From NCBI GenBank assembly GCA_050253415.1, contig JBFWJC010000001.1:512001-576000 (forward strand): 64,000 bases of DNA, read 5' to 3'. This DNA is from Pedobacter sp. (GTDB taxonomy: Bacteria; Desulfobacterota; Desulfuromonadia; Desulfuromonadales; Syntrophotaleaceae). Shown piece by piece: positions 16,934 through 27,438 of the stretch. Each line of letters begins with the position of its first letter. Position 1 is the first letter of the stretch. The position numbers and the translations under genes are program-made. The notes below the pieces were generated by a model, which was given only the letters and a program-made list of their open reading frames with translations, was not told where the DNA came from and did no database searches.

Positions 16934-18946
16934 TCAGAGCTCGATACGGAATTCGAGCCCGTCACCGGTATTGCTTGCGCTGATGGAGCCCTGCAGGCGT
17001 TTTTCGATAATGATTTTAGAGATATACAGACCGATGCCGGTGCCGGTTTCCTTGGTGGTGAAATAGGACTCGAACAGCTTCTCGCGGATCGACTCCGGGA
17101 CGCCGCCGGCATTGTCCCGGACGGTGATGACCTTATTTTCCCCCTCCCGGAACAAGTGAATACGGATGCGCGGAGCGGCAATATCCTTATGAATCAAAGC
17201 TTCTTTGGCATTGTTGAGAAGGTTGAGCAGCACATGGGAAAATTCGTTGCCGTAGCCGGTTACGTACAGGCTCTGCTCGGCATCGAAAGCGGTGTCGATT
17301 CCATGGATGTCCAGGTCCGTTGCGACCAGGTCCAGAATTTTGCGGATCGACTGCTGCAGGTCAAAGGGCACCAGTCCCTGATCGGTGCGGAAAAAATCCC
17401 GGAAATCGTCGATGGTCGCGGCCATGTGCAGGAGAAGGTCATCGATCTGTGCCACCATCTGCTGGCGCTGCTCGTCGAGATGCCCGCCATCCTCTGAAAG
17501 TGCCAGGTTGTGTACAAGCAGGTTAAGTAAATTCAGCGGCTGTCGCCATTGGTGGGCGATGTAGCTGATCATCTCGCCCATGGCTGCCATGCGGCTTTGC
17601 TGTAACAGCAGTAAATCTTTTTCCCGCAATTCCTCTGTCAGCCGAACCTGCTCGGTGACGTCCTGGATGGTGCCGACCATGTACCTTGGCTGGCCGTCTT
17701 CGCCGAAAACCAGTTCTCGCTGATCATGAATCACCAATTCTTCTCCGCCGGCTTGTCGCAGGCGGTATTCCACTGCACGGGGTTGACGATCACGCAATAG
17801 ATCGACGAGTGCTGTGTGTAGCTGCTCGCGGTCTTCATTGCGGACCATCTCCAACAGTGCTTCTTCGCTGCCGGCAAAATCCCCGGCCGGTATCCCCAAT
17901 AGGCGCCAGCATTCCGCAGAGGCCGACTGCAGCCGACCGGAAAGGTCCCAAGTCCAGTTGCCGATGCGGGCGATGCGCTGGGCTTCGACCAGATTATGCT
18001 CACGCTCTCTGAGCTCGGCTTGCATCGCCTTGCGCTCGCTGATGTCGTGGAAATTGCCGGCTATAAGCGGCCGCCCCTCGTATTCAAGGTAGCTGGCCAT
18101 CACTTCTACGGGGATCAGCGCTCCCGAAGCGACCCGGTGCAGCGTCTCGAAACGGGCCTGGTCACCCTGTTTCAGTTGCTGGTGCAGGTCGGACAAACGA
18201 GCCATGTCAAATTCGGGATCCCAATCGGGAACGCGCATCTGCAAAATAGTTTTCTGATCCCAACCGAAATGGGTACAGGCTGCGGCGTTGACATAAAACA
18301 TGCGATAACCGTCGGTTGGATCGAGCACGTAAATGGGGTTGCGGGTATTTTCCACCAGGTAGCGGAAAAGGGAGGCTTCTTCTTCGGACTTTCTGCGCTG
18401 CCGTACTTCCCGATCGAGACGCAGGTTTTTCAGCCCCATCTCGGCGATCATTTCCACCAGCGAACGAAGGTAGGTCATGACGTCGCGGATATGGCTGCGG
18501 CTCAGGATCGGTACCTGCTCCAGGGCCGCCAGATATTCCTTTTCGTCGAAACCGAAGCGGGCGGCCTGATCGCGAAAGAATTCGCGGTCGGGGGTCTCAT
18601 CGGTGTAGAAGAACTGGCCGGTGAAAAAGGTCGCAAGGTGCCTTCCTTCGACGAAAATCGGCATGGCGACATCCCACAGGCCGTTCTGGCAGCGGTAGTC
18701 GACATATCCATCCGGGCAGTTATCGAGATGAGCCTTGATGTAGGCGTCACTTTCCCGGCAACGGGCGACGGTCTGGGGATGGCAGCGATGAAAGCGCGCG
18801 CAGATCTCCTGCCAACCGACGGAAGCGAGCAATCGTTCTTCGTTGTCGAGAATGGCTCCGGGCACCCCGGTCAACCGAAATTGGGTTTCCAGCAGCTGTT
18901 GCAGCTGGCTAACCGACATAATTTGTGAAAAAACAAGATCGGTCAT
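16934..18946 (-). CDS. Sensor histidine kinase with PocR and two PAS domains
   Basis: PocR: GWQEICARFHR...YRCQNGLWDVAMPI...TGQF. PAS/PAC domains. H-box IAHQWRQPL, N-box NLLNNAKEA, GTGIGLY. Confidence 0.92.
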   Translation of the reverse strand: MTDLVFSQIMSVSQLQQLLETQFRLTGVPGAILDNEERLLASVGWQEICARFHRCHPQTVARCRESDAYIKAHLDNCPDGYVDYRCQNGLWDVAMPIFVEGRHLATFFTGQFFYTDETPDREFFRDQAARFGFDEKEYLAALEQVPILSRSHIRDVMTYLRSLVEMIAEMGLKNLRLDREVRQRRKSEEEASLFRYLVENTRNPIYVLDPTDGYRMFYVNAAACTHFGWDQKTILQMRVPDWDPEFDMARLSDLHQQLKQGDQARFETLHRVASGALIPVEVMASYLEYEGRPLIAGNFHDISERKAMQAELREREHNLVEAQRIARIGNWTWDLSGRLQSASAECWRLLGIPAGDFAGSEEALLEMVRNEDREQLHTALVDLLRDRQPRAVEYRLRQAGGEELVIHDQRELVFGEDGQPRYMVGTIQDVTEQVRLTEELREKDLLLLQQSRMAAMGEMISYIAHQWRQPLNLLNLLVHNLALSEDGGHLDEQRQQMVAQIDDLLLHMAATIDDFRDFFRTDQGLVPFDLQQSIRKILDLVATDLDIHGIDTAFDAEQSLYVTGYGNEFSHVLLNLLNNAKEALIHKDIAAPRIRIHLFREGENKVITVRDNAGGVPESIREKLFESYFTTKETGTGIGLYISKIIIEKRLQGSISASNTGDGLEFRIEL

Positions 18947-19404
18947 CGTTTCCTTCCGGCCGTTCAACATAGGGGGGGGACGTGATGAGAAGAATTTTTT
19001 CCCGTTTCTCCAGGTTTTTCCGGGAAAAGGCAAAGGGTGGGACTTGCCGGCAAGGTGCGGTAAACTTTTGCAGCATGTGTTTATATTTTACCCAAGTATC
19101 TTGCTCGGGAAACAGTATGTTTAGCAACTTGCATCGGAATCTATCTTCCCGGGGGGAGATCCATTCATATTCCATGCCTACGGTCAGGCAGGGGCCCCGG
19201 AAAATTACGAGGATGTCGTACTTCGGGGTGAGTGGTCGCGGAGAAGGGTGTTGAATGATAATTCTGCGAAGGGCGGTCGCAATGATGCCGCATTTTTTAT
19301 AAAATGAAATGAGACAAAAACTTCCAGCGGATGGCAACCGGGCGCGATCAGGCTGCTTTGTATGGAACCCATAAAACCCGGGACGGGTTGAGAGGAATAG
19401 ACGA

Positions 19405-19866
19405 ATGACTCCAAAATTACCGGAAACACCCGCAGATCGCAGCGATCGATTTAACCTTGCGCGATTCGTCTCGGCTCAGGAGAGTTCGTATGACGTTGCC
19501 TTGTCGGAGGTGACCGGGGGGAGCAAGTATTCTCACTGGATGTGGTTCATTTTTCCGCAACTGCGTGGTCTGGGGCGGAGTTCAACGGCGCAGTTTTACG
19601 GCATCACCGGTCTCGAAGAAGCCCGTGCCTACCTTTCCCACGAGATCCTGGGGCCGCGATTGATCGCCGTATGCGAGGCCGCGCTGGCCGTTGAAGATCG
19701 TTCGGCGACCGAAATATTCGGTACGCCCGATGATATGAAGCTGTGTTCGTGCGCCACGCTGTTTGCCCGGGCCTCAAATCAGGGTTCCGTCTTCCATAAG
19801 ATTCTCGATAAATACTTCGGCGGAAAACCCGACCCGCGTACCCTCGAGTTGCTTGCCGAAAGTTGA
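19405..19866 (+). CDS. DUF1810 family protein
   Basis: SHWMWFIFPQLRGLGRS and IFGTPDDMKL. Confidence 0.9.
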   Translation: MTPKLPETPADRSDRFNLARFVSAQESSYDVALSEVTGGSKYSHWMWFIFPQLRGLGRSSTAQFYGITGLEEARAYLSHEILGPRLIAVCEAALAVEDRSATEIFGTPDDMKLCSCATLFARASNQGSVFHKILDKYFGGKPDPRTLELLAES

Positions 19867-20261
19867 GCCGGGTCCGGGCTGGCCTTACGCATGAGCAGGG
19901 AAGGGCAAGAGGGTAATGGTTTGCTTCGGAGGGTGTTTCATCCGGAGACAAGCCGGGGACGCTAGCCCGCAATCGTGCCTGTCGCTCTTTTACCTTTGGA
20001 GGGGGAATTTCCGAGCGGCAGATTTTTGGATGAGTTATAAATAGGGACATTCAACGTTGCCGGTATATGTGCCCTGTAGCCGGCACTGTTTTTTATGCTA
20101 ATGTTGCAGACCTTGAAAGGTGGTGTCATTCCGCCGTAATGATTTGATCCCGGGGAAATGCATAAGATGTCCTTGGTATATGAATTTCGGAGGTTTCTTA
20201 ATCATCGGGGAAGACAGGCAGCACCCTCATTATTCGATCCAACAATCCTGCAGGAGACTCC

Positions 20262-21008
20262 ATGCTGGTCGACGCCCACGCCCACATCGATTGGTACACC
20301 GACGCTTTAAACGAAGCACTCGAGCAAATAGAGCGGCATCGCATTGTGACCATGGCTGTTGCCATGGATGTGCCGGCCTATCTGAAAACCAAGGAAATCG
20401 CAAAATCCTGCTCCTATATCATCCCGACCTTCGGCATCCATCCCTGGGAAGCGGCGCGTTATACGGACAGATTGTCTGAACTGGACGACTACCTGCGGGA
20501 AACCCCGGTAATTGGTGAAGCGGGGCTCGATTTTCGTTATGTAAAGGATGAAAGCCTTTATCCTGGGCAGGTGACGGTTTTTGAGTATCAATGCGCCTGG
20601 GCCCAGCGGCTGTCAAAGCCGATGAACCTGCACACGCGGGGCGCCGAGGTGGAGGTTCTGGAGATGTTGCGGCGCTACCAGATCGTCACGCCGATTATCC
20701 ACTGGTATGGCGGGCCGGTAGAGCTGATCGAGGCGTATCTGGCGGAGGGCGGCTACTTCACGGTCGGCGTCGATGTGCTGAATCCGCGCATAGCGCACAA
20801 TATCGCCGAGGTCCTGCCGCTGGATCGCATCCTGCTGGAGACGGACAATCCCGAGGGCTACCTCTGGCAGGCCAAGGAGATCGGCATGCCCGATCTGTTG
20901 CTGAAAATCATGCAGAAGCTGGCCGAGATCAAGCAGATGAGCGTCGCCGAACTTGAAGGCAAACTGTGGCAGAACTGGCAGGAGTTTGGCCGCAGCATCA
21001 AACAGTAG
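20262..21008 (+). CDS. TatD family hydrolase
   Basis: DAHAH, GIHPW, IGEAGLD, LHTR and LETD. Confidence 0.9.
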   Translation: MLVDAHAHIDWYTDALNEALEQIERHRIVTMAVAMDVPAYLKTKEIAKSCSYIIPTFGIHPWEAARYTDRLSELDDYLRETPVIGEAGLDFRYVKDESLYPGQVTVFEYQCAWAQRLSKPMNLHTRGAEVEVLEMLRRYQIVTPIIHWYGGPVELIEAYLAEGGYFTVGVDVLNPRIAHNIAEVLPLDRILLETDNPEGYLWQAKEIGMPDLLLKIMQKLAEIKQMSVAELEGKLWQNWQEFGRSIKQ

Positions 21009-21323
21009 TCCTGAAAACCTTAGGTTCCTTATTGCATCAAGAATTGCAAGCAACATACATGGGACACCCTTATCTGTGGCATGCCCCACCATTCCGAGTT
21101 TTTCTTCCGGGATCCTTTACACCCATTATTTACAGCTTTTGCACGAATATCCGGGTTTGGGCAGGCTTGTGAGCTAATAAACGGGACAGTCCTCCGGTGG
21201 TCTGTGTTTTGCACAGGGTGGAGTCGGCGTTTCGATTTTTTTCTCGTCCGTCAATCTCCCAGGCTGGGCAGGCTTACAGCCCGGATATTTGGTTTTTCCA
21301 GGGATGATTGTCTTTAGCGACTT

Positions 21324-22586
21324 TTGGAGCAGTTAGGTGTGAAAAAGGATAGGGCTTACAATTTTTGGACTTTGAGGTTCTTCGATAAGGCTCTGGAAGA
21401 GGCTTACCGCGAAGACGATTTTTTCAAAAGTCTGAAAAAATTTCGCAGTACTTGTCTTGAAACCGCTTTTCTTTATGCCATCTTCGGGATTCTCGACGGG
21501 GTCATTCTCCCTGACCAAAAGGAAATTTGCTGGATCATACGCTTCTGTTTCGTCTGCCCGTTGCTCATCGGGTCGTATTTTTTCTCGTTTTCGAAGCAGT
21601 ATCGAAAGTTCAAGGTGGCGAATACCCTTTTGGTCGGGTCGTTTATCAGCGTAGGTATTATCGCGATGATTTCGATTGCCCCGTCGCCCGGTGATTATCT
21701 TTATTATGCCGGCCTGCTTTTGTGTTCGATGTTTTTCTATGGACGGATTCCCGACCATATTATTTCCAACTGTCTATCCTGGGGCACTTTCGGTCTTTAT
21801 CTGATCGCCGCCGTACTGTTTACCGATACCCCGACAAAAGTCCTTTTCAGCAATACGTTTATCTATTTTTTCTTCAATATCGCAGGAATGTTTGTCTGTT
21901 ACTCCCTCGAATTATCCAGGCGCCTGGATTACCTGCAGCGGCTTACCATCGAACGGCAAGCCGGGCAGCTGGAGCGAGCCTTGCGGGAAAAGGAGCAGGA
22001 GCGGCAGCGGGCCGAAGAGCTTTCGCTCCAGGATCCCTTGACCGGTCTGGCCAATCGGCGTCATTTTTTTTATGTCGCGGACAAAGCGTATGAACGTAAG
22101 CTCCGTTACCGGCATAGCCTGTCCATCATGCTGTTGGACATCGACCATTTTAAAGGCGTCAACGACACCTTCGGCCATGGCGTCGGCGACCAGGTATTGC
22201 AGAAGGTAGCGGTCATTATCGCCGGTTCTATCCGCAAATCCGATCTGGCCTGTCGCTATGGCGGCGAAGAGTTCGCCGTATTGTTGCCGGATACGGATGT
22301 CCATACGGCCCGGCAACTTGGGCATCGGTTGCTACGAAGTATCGAACAGACGACCATCACCCTTGAAAGTGGACAGGTATTCATTTCGGCCAGCATGGGG
22401 ATAGCCGGTCTCACCGAGAGGGAATCTGCGCCACCATCTGTTCTGCTTGAACGTGCGGATCAGGTACTCTATCAGGCAAAAAATGCCGGGCGAAACCAAC
22501 TGCGGCTATGGGAACGGCTACCCGATGAGGCTGACCCGTTCAGGGCGCAGGGCCCGGTTGATGTTGTCGGGACTCCCGGAAGATAA
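21324..22586 (+). CDS. Membrane-bound diguanylate cyclase (GGDEF)
   Basis: N-terminal TM helices; DPLTGL, DIDHFKGVND, RKSD I-site and GGEEF. Start may be GTG at 21339. Confidence 0.92.
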   Translation: MEQLGVKKDRAYNFWTLRFFDKALEEAYREDDFFKSLKKFRSTCLETAFLYAIFGILDGVILPDQKEICWIIRFCFVCPLLIGSYFFSFSKQYRKFKVANTLLVGSFISVGIIAMISIAPSPGDYLYYAGLLLCSMFFYGRIPDHIISNCLSWGTFGLYLIAAVLFTDTPTKVLFSNTFIYFFFNIAGMFVCYSLELSRRLDYLQRLTIERQAGQLERALREKEQERQRAEELSLQDPLTGLANRRHFFYVADKAYERKLRYRHSLSIMLLDIDHFKGVNDTFGHGVGDQVLQKVAVIIAGSIRKSDLACRYGGEEFAVLLPDTDVHTARQLGHRLLRSIEQTTITLESGQVFISASMGIAGLTERESAPPSVLLERADQVLYQAKNAGRNQLRLWERLPDEADPFRAQGPVDVVGTPGR

Positions 22587-22606
22587 CCGAACGGCACGGA
22601 GCATAA

Positions 22607-22659
22607 AAAGGGGGCGCATCACCATATTTCATTGGGTAGTAAGTGGTGATGCGCCCCTT
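22607..22659. terminator. Bidirectional terminator between convergent genes
   Basis: aagggggcgcatcacca...tggtgatgcgcccctt. Confidence 0.65.
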
Positions 22660-22666
22660 CTGCACC

Positions 22667-22957
22667 TTACTCCAGTCTGAACCCGTCGCCAGCGTACTGG
22701 ATATTGGCGGCATCGAAGGCGCGCGGCGGGGAGACCGCGTGGACGCCGCCGCATGTAGGGCAACTGCCTACATGGGTGACCAATACAAAGGGCGCGCTAC
22801 ACCCTTGGCAAAAGGTGGCCAGACCGCCGTCGGGAATCGGTCGATTTCGCACGGCGCCGCCATGAGCTTGTGCCACAAATTCTACCAGTTCCCGCCCTTC
22901 GGCAAACGGACCGCCAGCTCCATGCCCCTGTGCGCAGCTTCCTCCACATCCTGCCAT
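22667..22957 (-). CDS. Small Cys-rich (zinc-ribbon-like) protein
   Basis: AAGGAG RBS; CQGC...CPTC pairs; N-terminal GCGGSC. Confidence 0.7.
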   Translation of the reverse strand: MAGCGGSCAQGHGAGGPFAEGRELVEFVAQAHGGAVRNRPIPDGGLATFCQGCSAPFVLVTHVGSCPTCGGVHAVSPPRAFDAANIQYAGDGFRLE

Positions 22958-23272
22958 ATCGTATGCTCCTTTAAATGAGTGGTTGTGTTTTGTTTTGTTG
23001 CGACAACCCTATCAAGCCTCTCCGGGAAAATCCCTGATCGAAATCAAGAAAATGCAGATTGAAACCGGGATGGACCTCCCAGAAGGCCTGGGGGCGGATA
23101 GTCACACTGTCTCGATGGAACCTTTAAGCAAGCTGCCCGGTGAGACAAGTTGTTGCAAAACTTGCTAAATTACGCTGCAATGTCTTAGGATGTTGTCTGC
23201 GCCATCGCCATAGCTGGCAACGACGCCTATGCCGGATCATCCCCATTCGTACCGTTGAAGGAACTGTTTGCA

Positions 23273-24364
23273 GTGAATATAAAGCAGCTGGGCTGGAACG
23301 CCCATTTTGAAAGCCATTTTGAACTCTATAGGGGCCAGGACCTCGTGCCCGCGCGGGTAGTTCGTGCGGGGGGCGGGTTTTATACCCTGCTCAACGCTGA
23401 TGGCGAACAGACCGCCACCCTCGCCGGACAAGTGCGCCATGGCTCTACCCAGGATGCCCTGCCGGCCGTGGGGGATTGGGTGGCCATCGATTCGCCGCAG
23501 GAGGGCAGCATCCGCATCCATGCCATCCTGCCGCGCCAGACCGCCCTGAAACGGGCGACCGTCGCCAACCGCAAAGGTTTGGCTGAAAAGCCGGGTGTCC
23601 CCCAGGTGCTGGCGGCTAACGTGGATATCGCCATGATCGTCAGCGGGCTGAATAATGATTACAATCCAAGGCGTATCGAGCGTTACCTGACCCTGGTGCA
23701 CGAAAGCGGCGCCGTTCCGATCATCGTTCTCAACAAGTCCGACCTCTGCCCCGAGACGCAGGCGCTGCGTGCCGAAATCGAGGCGATCGCCTACGGAACC
23801 CCGGTTCTGGTCACCAGTGCGCAACGCGGTGAAGGTCTCGCCGAACTGGCGCCCCACCTGCAACCCGGCAGGACACTGGTGCTGATCGGGTCTTCGGGAG
23901 CGGGTAAATCCACATTGCTCAACCGGCTTGCCTGCTCCGATCATCAGCGGACCTCCGAGATCAGTGCCGCTGTGGGCAAGGGGATGCACACCACCACGCA
24001 CCGGGAGCTTTTTCCCCTTCCCGGTGGCGCTCTCGTCATCGACACTCCGGGGTTGCGCGAACTGCATCTGTGGGGAGAAAGCGAGGCGGGGCTGGCAAGC
24101 ACCTTTCCGGAGGTTGTCGGTTTTGCCGCGCAATGCCGCTTCAGCGATTGTCAGCATGAGCAGGAACCGGGCTGCGGTATCCGGCAAGCGTTGCTCGAGG
24201 GGACACTCGATCCCGTTCGTCTGGAAAGCTATCTGAAGCAGCGCGCGGAAATCGCTTCCGCCACTTTGCAGCAAGAGTTGGCGGCGCAGGTTGCCCAAAA
24301 GCGCAAAAGGAAAACCACTCCCCGGCAGAGCAAGCACTGGCGACGGGAACATGGGGACGGATAG
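23273..24364 (+). CDS. rsgA: Ribosome small subunit-dependent GTPase A
   Basis: Circularly permuted NKSD / GSSGAGKS / HTTT / DTPG; zinc finger CRFSDCQHEQEPGC. Start GTG 23273 or TTG 23255. Confidence 0.92.
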   Translation: MNIKQLGWNAHFESHFELYRGQDLVPARVVRAGGGFYTLLNADGEQTATLAGQVRHGSTQDALPAVGDWVAIDSPQEGSIRIHAILPRQTALKRATVANRKGLAEKPGVPQVLAANVDIAMIVSGLNNDYNPRRIERYLTLVHESGAVPIIVLNKSDLCPETQALRAEIEAIAYGTPVLVTSAQRGEGLAELAPHLQPGRTLVLIGSSGAGKSTLLNRLACSDHQRTSEISAAVGKGMHTTTHRELFPLPGGALVIDTPGLRELHLWGESEAGLASTFPEVVGFAAQCRFSDCQHEQEPGCGIRQALLEGTLDPVRLESYLKQRAEIASATLQQELAAQVAQKRKRKTTPRQSKHWRREHGDG

Positions 24365-24462
24365 TATTGGAGCCTTTTCGCAGGAATGGAAAAGGCTTGA
24401 ACGTTAACAAGTTCGCGCAAAACATGGATTAGCAGACACACAAACTGGACGAATTCACTACG

Positions 24463-24498
24463 AAAAAAGGTTCTGCCTCCCGGGTAGAGCCTTTTTTG
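24463..24498. terminator. Terminator-like hairpin
   Basis: aaaaaaggttctgcc...ggtagagcctttttt. Confidence 0.55.
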
Positions 24499-24573
24499 TT
24501 GTTTTCCCGCTGGCTGACCACGTACATTATGGCCGATGTGGTATCAATCCATGTTTCCAAGGAGATAAGAAAG

Positions 24574-25410
24574 ATGTTCGAGGATTTGGTAGATAAACTC
24601 AAAGGGTGTAGCCGGCGACTCGTCTCTCTTTTTAATGAATCCCCCGGCGCTATGCCTGAAAAGCAAACGTTTAAATTGCTCGTTTGCATGACGACTCTTC
24701 CTGAGCGCATGACCTCCAACTTTTTGTACCGCGTGCTCGATTCCATTTTGTCCCAAAAAAAGGCCTGCCCTTTCAAACTTGTCCTTTTCGTACCCCATCG
24801 AAGCCTGCGCACAGGTTCGCCCTATCCCGACCCAACCTTTCTCTGGGAGAAATACAGCCCGGAACAGCTGGATATCCACCGTTGCGACGACATGGGGCCG
24901 GCGACGAAATTTACCGGTCTGCTGACCTATCTTTCGTCAGTCGCTACAGACGTCACCCACATTTACATTGCCGACGACGATATCATCCTTCGCGATCATG
25001 TCTTTCAGAAAATGCAGAAACGGCTTCGGGTGCGAAGTGCCGTGCACGACTATCGCCGCCTTGTCCTGGCTAACGATGCCGGTTCGCTTGATGGCATGCC
25101 AACGGTGGCCGGGTATGCAGGCATTCTGGTGCCGATAGGGTTCTTCAGGGAGTTGGCCGCCGACTCCAAACTGGCAACCGTGTGGGCAGATCTGGCAGAA
25201 AAGCGGCATCCCTGTTTTAACGTCGACGATATGCTCTTGTCGAAGCTGCTTCAACGGTTCAAATATGAGGTCGAGGGGACGGAACTGAACCCGTTCAAGG
25301 ACGTTATGGACCGTTCCCTGACGGATGAGCATCCGGACTGGTTTGAACTCTGTAAGCATACGGCCCGGGACAGCGATACAACGCAATGCATGAATGTCAT
25401 TTTGCCTTAG
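24574..25410 (+). CDS. Putative GT-A fold glycosyltransferase-like protein
   Basis: MTTLPER...SILSQ, DMGPATKF, IADDD (DxD) and VDD. Start uncertain. Confidence 0.6.
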   Translation: MFEDLVDKLKGCSRRLVSLFNESPGAMPEKQTFKLLVCMTTLPERMTSNFLYRVLDSILSQKKACPFKLVLFVPHRSLRTGSPYPDPTFLWEKYSPEQLDIHRCDDMGPATKFTGLLTYLSSVATDVTHIYIADDDIILRDHVFQKMQKRLRVRSAVHDYRRLVLANDAGSLDGMPTVAGYAGILVPIGFFRELAADSKLATVWADLAEKRHPCFNVDDMLLSKLLQRFKYEVEGTELNPFKDVMDRSLTDEHPDWFELCKHTARDSDTTQCMNVILP

Positions 25411-25574
25411 GCAGGGTGGCATGGTGAGAACTATTTATTTTGGATGAAAGTAACCCTTCGCAGCTTTTTCAGGAGTCGTAAAAACGATTCGCCTCCAAAA
25501 GTGCCAGCACATGATAGGATGTAGGAGCAGCCTTTCCCCGTGTCTGACAACACTTCGGTTTTTTTGGAGGTATC

Positions 25575-26177
25575 ATGAAATACACAGGTGTAAACCATCT
25601 GGCCATGGCTACCGGCGATATGGATGCAACCATCCGATTTTGGCGTGATCTTCTGGGTATGCGCATGGTCGCAGGATTGGGCGAACCGGGATTCAGGCAT
25701 TATTTCTTCGAGATTGCTCCTAATGACATGATCGCATTTTTCGAATGGTCGGATGTCGAAGCAGTGTCTCCCAAGGTGCATGGATCACCGGTAAAGGGGC
25801 CCTTTATCTTCGATCATGTTTCTTTCGGAGTCGAAAAAAGCGAAGACCTGTGGGCTCTCAAAGACAAGCTCGATGCGGCCGGGTTTCCCTGCACAGGGCT
25901 GAGAGACCACGGCTTTATCCATTCGATTTATGCACACGATCCCAACGGTATACCCATCGAGTTCAGCTGGCAGGTGGAGGGGATCGATGTTCACAAGAAT
26001 CCGATGATGGCCGATACCGTTCCCAGTGCCGTGGCCAAGGAGGGGGCCGAACCGGTAGCTGGCCGTTGGCCGGAAGTTACCAAACCAACCCTGGAGAAGG
26101 ACAAACAGATTGTCAAAGCAGCAGGCAGCGAACTTTATCACTGTTTGAAGTCAGGTGACGAGCAGAAGCAGCCTTGA
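25575..26177 (+). CDS. VOC / glyoxalase family protein
   Basis: GVNHLAM, FDHVSF and SIYAHDPNGIPIEF. Confidence 0.88.
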   Translation: MKYTGVNHLAMATGDMDATIRFWRDLLGMRMVAGLGEPGFRHYFFEIAPNDMIAFFEWSDVEAVSPKVHGSPVKGPFIFDHVSFGVEKSEDLWALKDKLDAAGFPCTGLRDHGFIHSIYAHDPNGIPIEFSWQVEGIDVHKNPMMADTVPSAVAKEGAEPVAGRWPEVTKPTLEKDKQIVKAAGSELYHCLKSGDEQKQP

Positions 26178-26229
26178 CAGTTCGGTGTGCGCATTTGTTC
26201 TTTTCGTATCCAAAATGGAGAACAGCTAT

Positions 26230-26261
26230 AAAGTGGCCGGGGTATTTATCCGGCCACTTTT
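26230..26261. terminator. Terminator
   Basis: aaagtggccgg...ccggccacttt. Confidence 0.6.
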
Positions 26262-26459
26262 GTTGTTTAGGGGCCAGAATTATATAGGGCCGGACAATTC
26301 CAAGATCTAGAGTGGATACCAGGATGGCCTTATGTTTCGGAATGTAATTGAATGTTTCTTGACAGGGGTTCACGCGTTCCTGTAGAAAAAATGTTATACA
26401 GCGCTTTGTATTCTGAATAACTGAGAACAGATGCGATCACTTTTTTGGATTTTGACAAT

Positions 26460-27362
26460 ATGTTTGAAACCGATAAGTTGCATGGCTGGTTGCCGAAAAT
26501 AATCCATCAAACTTATCCTGATCGTCAATTACCTTCGTTTTATCAGCAGAATATTACCCGCATCAAGCAGTTAAATCCTGGTTGGGACTACCGCCTTTAC
26601 GATGACAAGGATATCCAGGATTATATCGCCCTGCATTTTCCAGGGCTGCTGAATTATTACAATCGTATCGATGCACGCTATGGTGCAGCGAGGGCCGACC
26701 TGTTCCGATATCTGGTGGTCTATAACGAAGGTGGTATCTATCTCGATATTAAAAGCACCGTTACACGGCCGTTAAATGAGGTGCTTCCTGCGAAAGAAAC
26801 CTATTTGCTGTCTCATTGGGACAATGGCCCTGACGACAGATATGCGGGTTTCGGTTTATGGGATTGTGCAGAGGACAGGCCGGGATCCTGGCCTGAACGG
26901 GGTGAATTTCAGCAATGGTTTATTGTGTCGCCGCCCAGGCACCCCTTTTTGCGAAAAACGATCGAACAGGTGTGCCATAACATCGATACCTATTGCCCGT
27001 TGAAGGGCGAAGTGGGGCGGTTGGGCGTGCTCAAGCTGACCGGCCCGATAGCCTATACCCAGGCTGTTTTATCGTTGATGGATACGGTTGCTTACACTAT
27101 CGTTGATGTGAAAGTTGATCTGGGGTTTCGCTATTCGTGCCTGCAAGCGCCTCAATCGCACAAAAGGAGCTTTCGGCATAAACACTATTCCCGTCTAAAA
27201 AGCCCGATTATAAAGCCTGTGGGAATGCAGAAATTCGTATATTTCTTTCAGGCACTCACGCGATACGTGATTGCTCCGTTTAAGCGGATCAGGAGAAGTC
27301 TCGCCAAGCGCCTGAAAAGGCGGATAGATCCAGGGTGGAGTTTCGGGGATGGGGCAAGATAA
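26460..27362 (+). CDS. Glycosyltransferase family 32 (OCH1-like, DxD sugar-binding)
   Basis: PKIIHQT, ADLFRYLVVYNEGGIYLDIK and TGP. Confidence 0.85.
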   Translation: MFETDKLHGWLPKIIHQTYPDRQLPSFYQQNITRIKQLNPGWDYRLYDDKDIQDYIALHFPGLLNYYNRIDARYGAARADLFRYLVVYNEGGIYLDIKSTVTRPLNEVLPAKETYLLSHWDNGPDDRYAGFGLWDCAEDRPGSWPERGEFQQWFIVSPPRHPFLRKTIEQVCHNIDTYCPLKGEVGRLGVLKLTGPIAYTQAVLSLMDTVAYTIVDVKVDLGFRYSCLQAPQSHKRSFRHKHYSRLKSPIIKPVGMQKFVYFFQALTRYVIAPFKRIRRSLAKRLKRRIDPGWSFGDGAR

Positions 27363-27438
27363 GAATTCGCGGCTTTAAAATTAAATCGGGCAGGCGCCTG
27401 CAGCGCCTGCCCGATTTTTTCATTACGGACGGAATCGT

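Noticed and set aside
19867..20261. c-di-GMP-I/GEMM riboswitch in the intergenic region
   Set aside because: Only partial look-alike words; the GCAAA...GACGCAAAG core is absent.
20262..21008. TatD as QatD of an anti-phage qatABCD system
   Set aside because: No neighbouring ATPase or QueC-like genes.
21324..22586. Hypr-type cGAMP-producing GGDEF enzyme
   Set aside because: The canonical Asp is retained in VNDTFGH, consistent with an ordinary diguanylate cyclase.
23190..23213. Leader peptide MLSAPSP upstream of rsgA
   Set aside because: Such short ORFs arise by chance; no clear attenuator structure.
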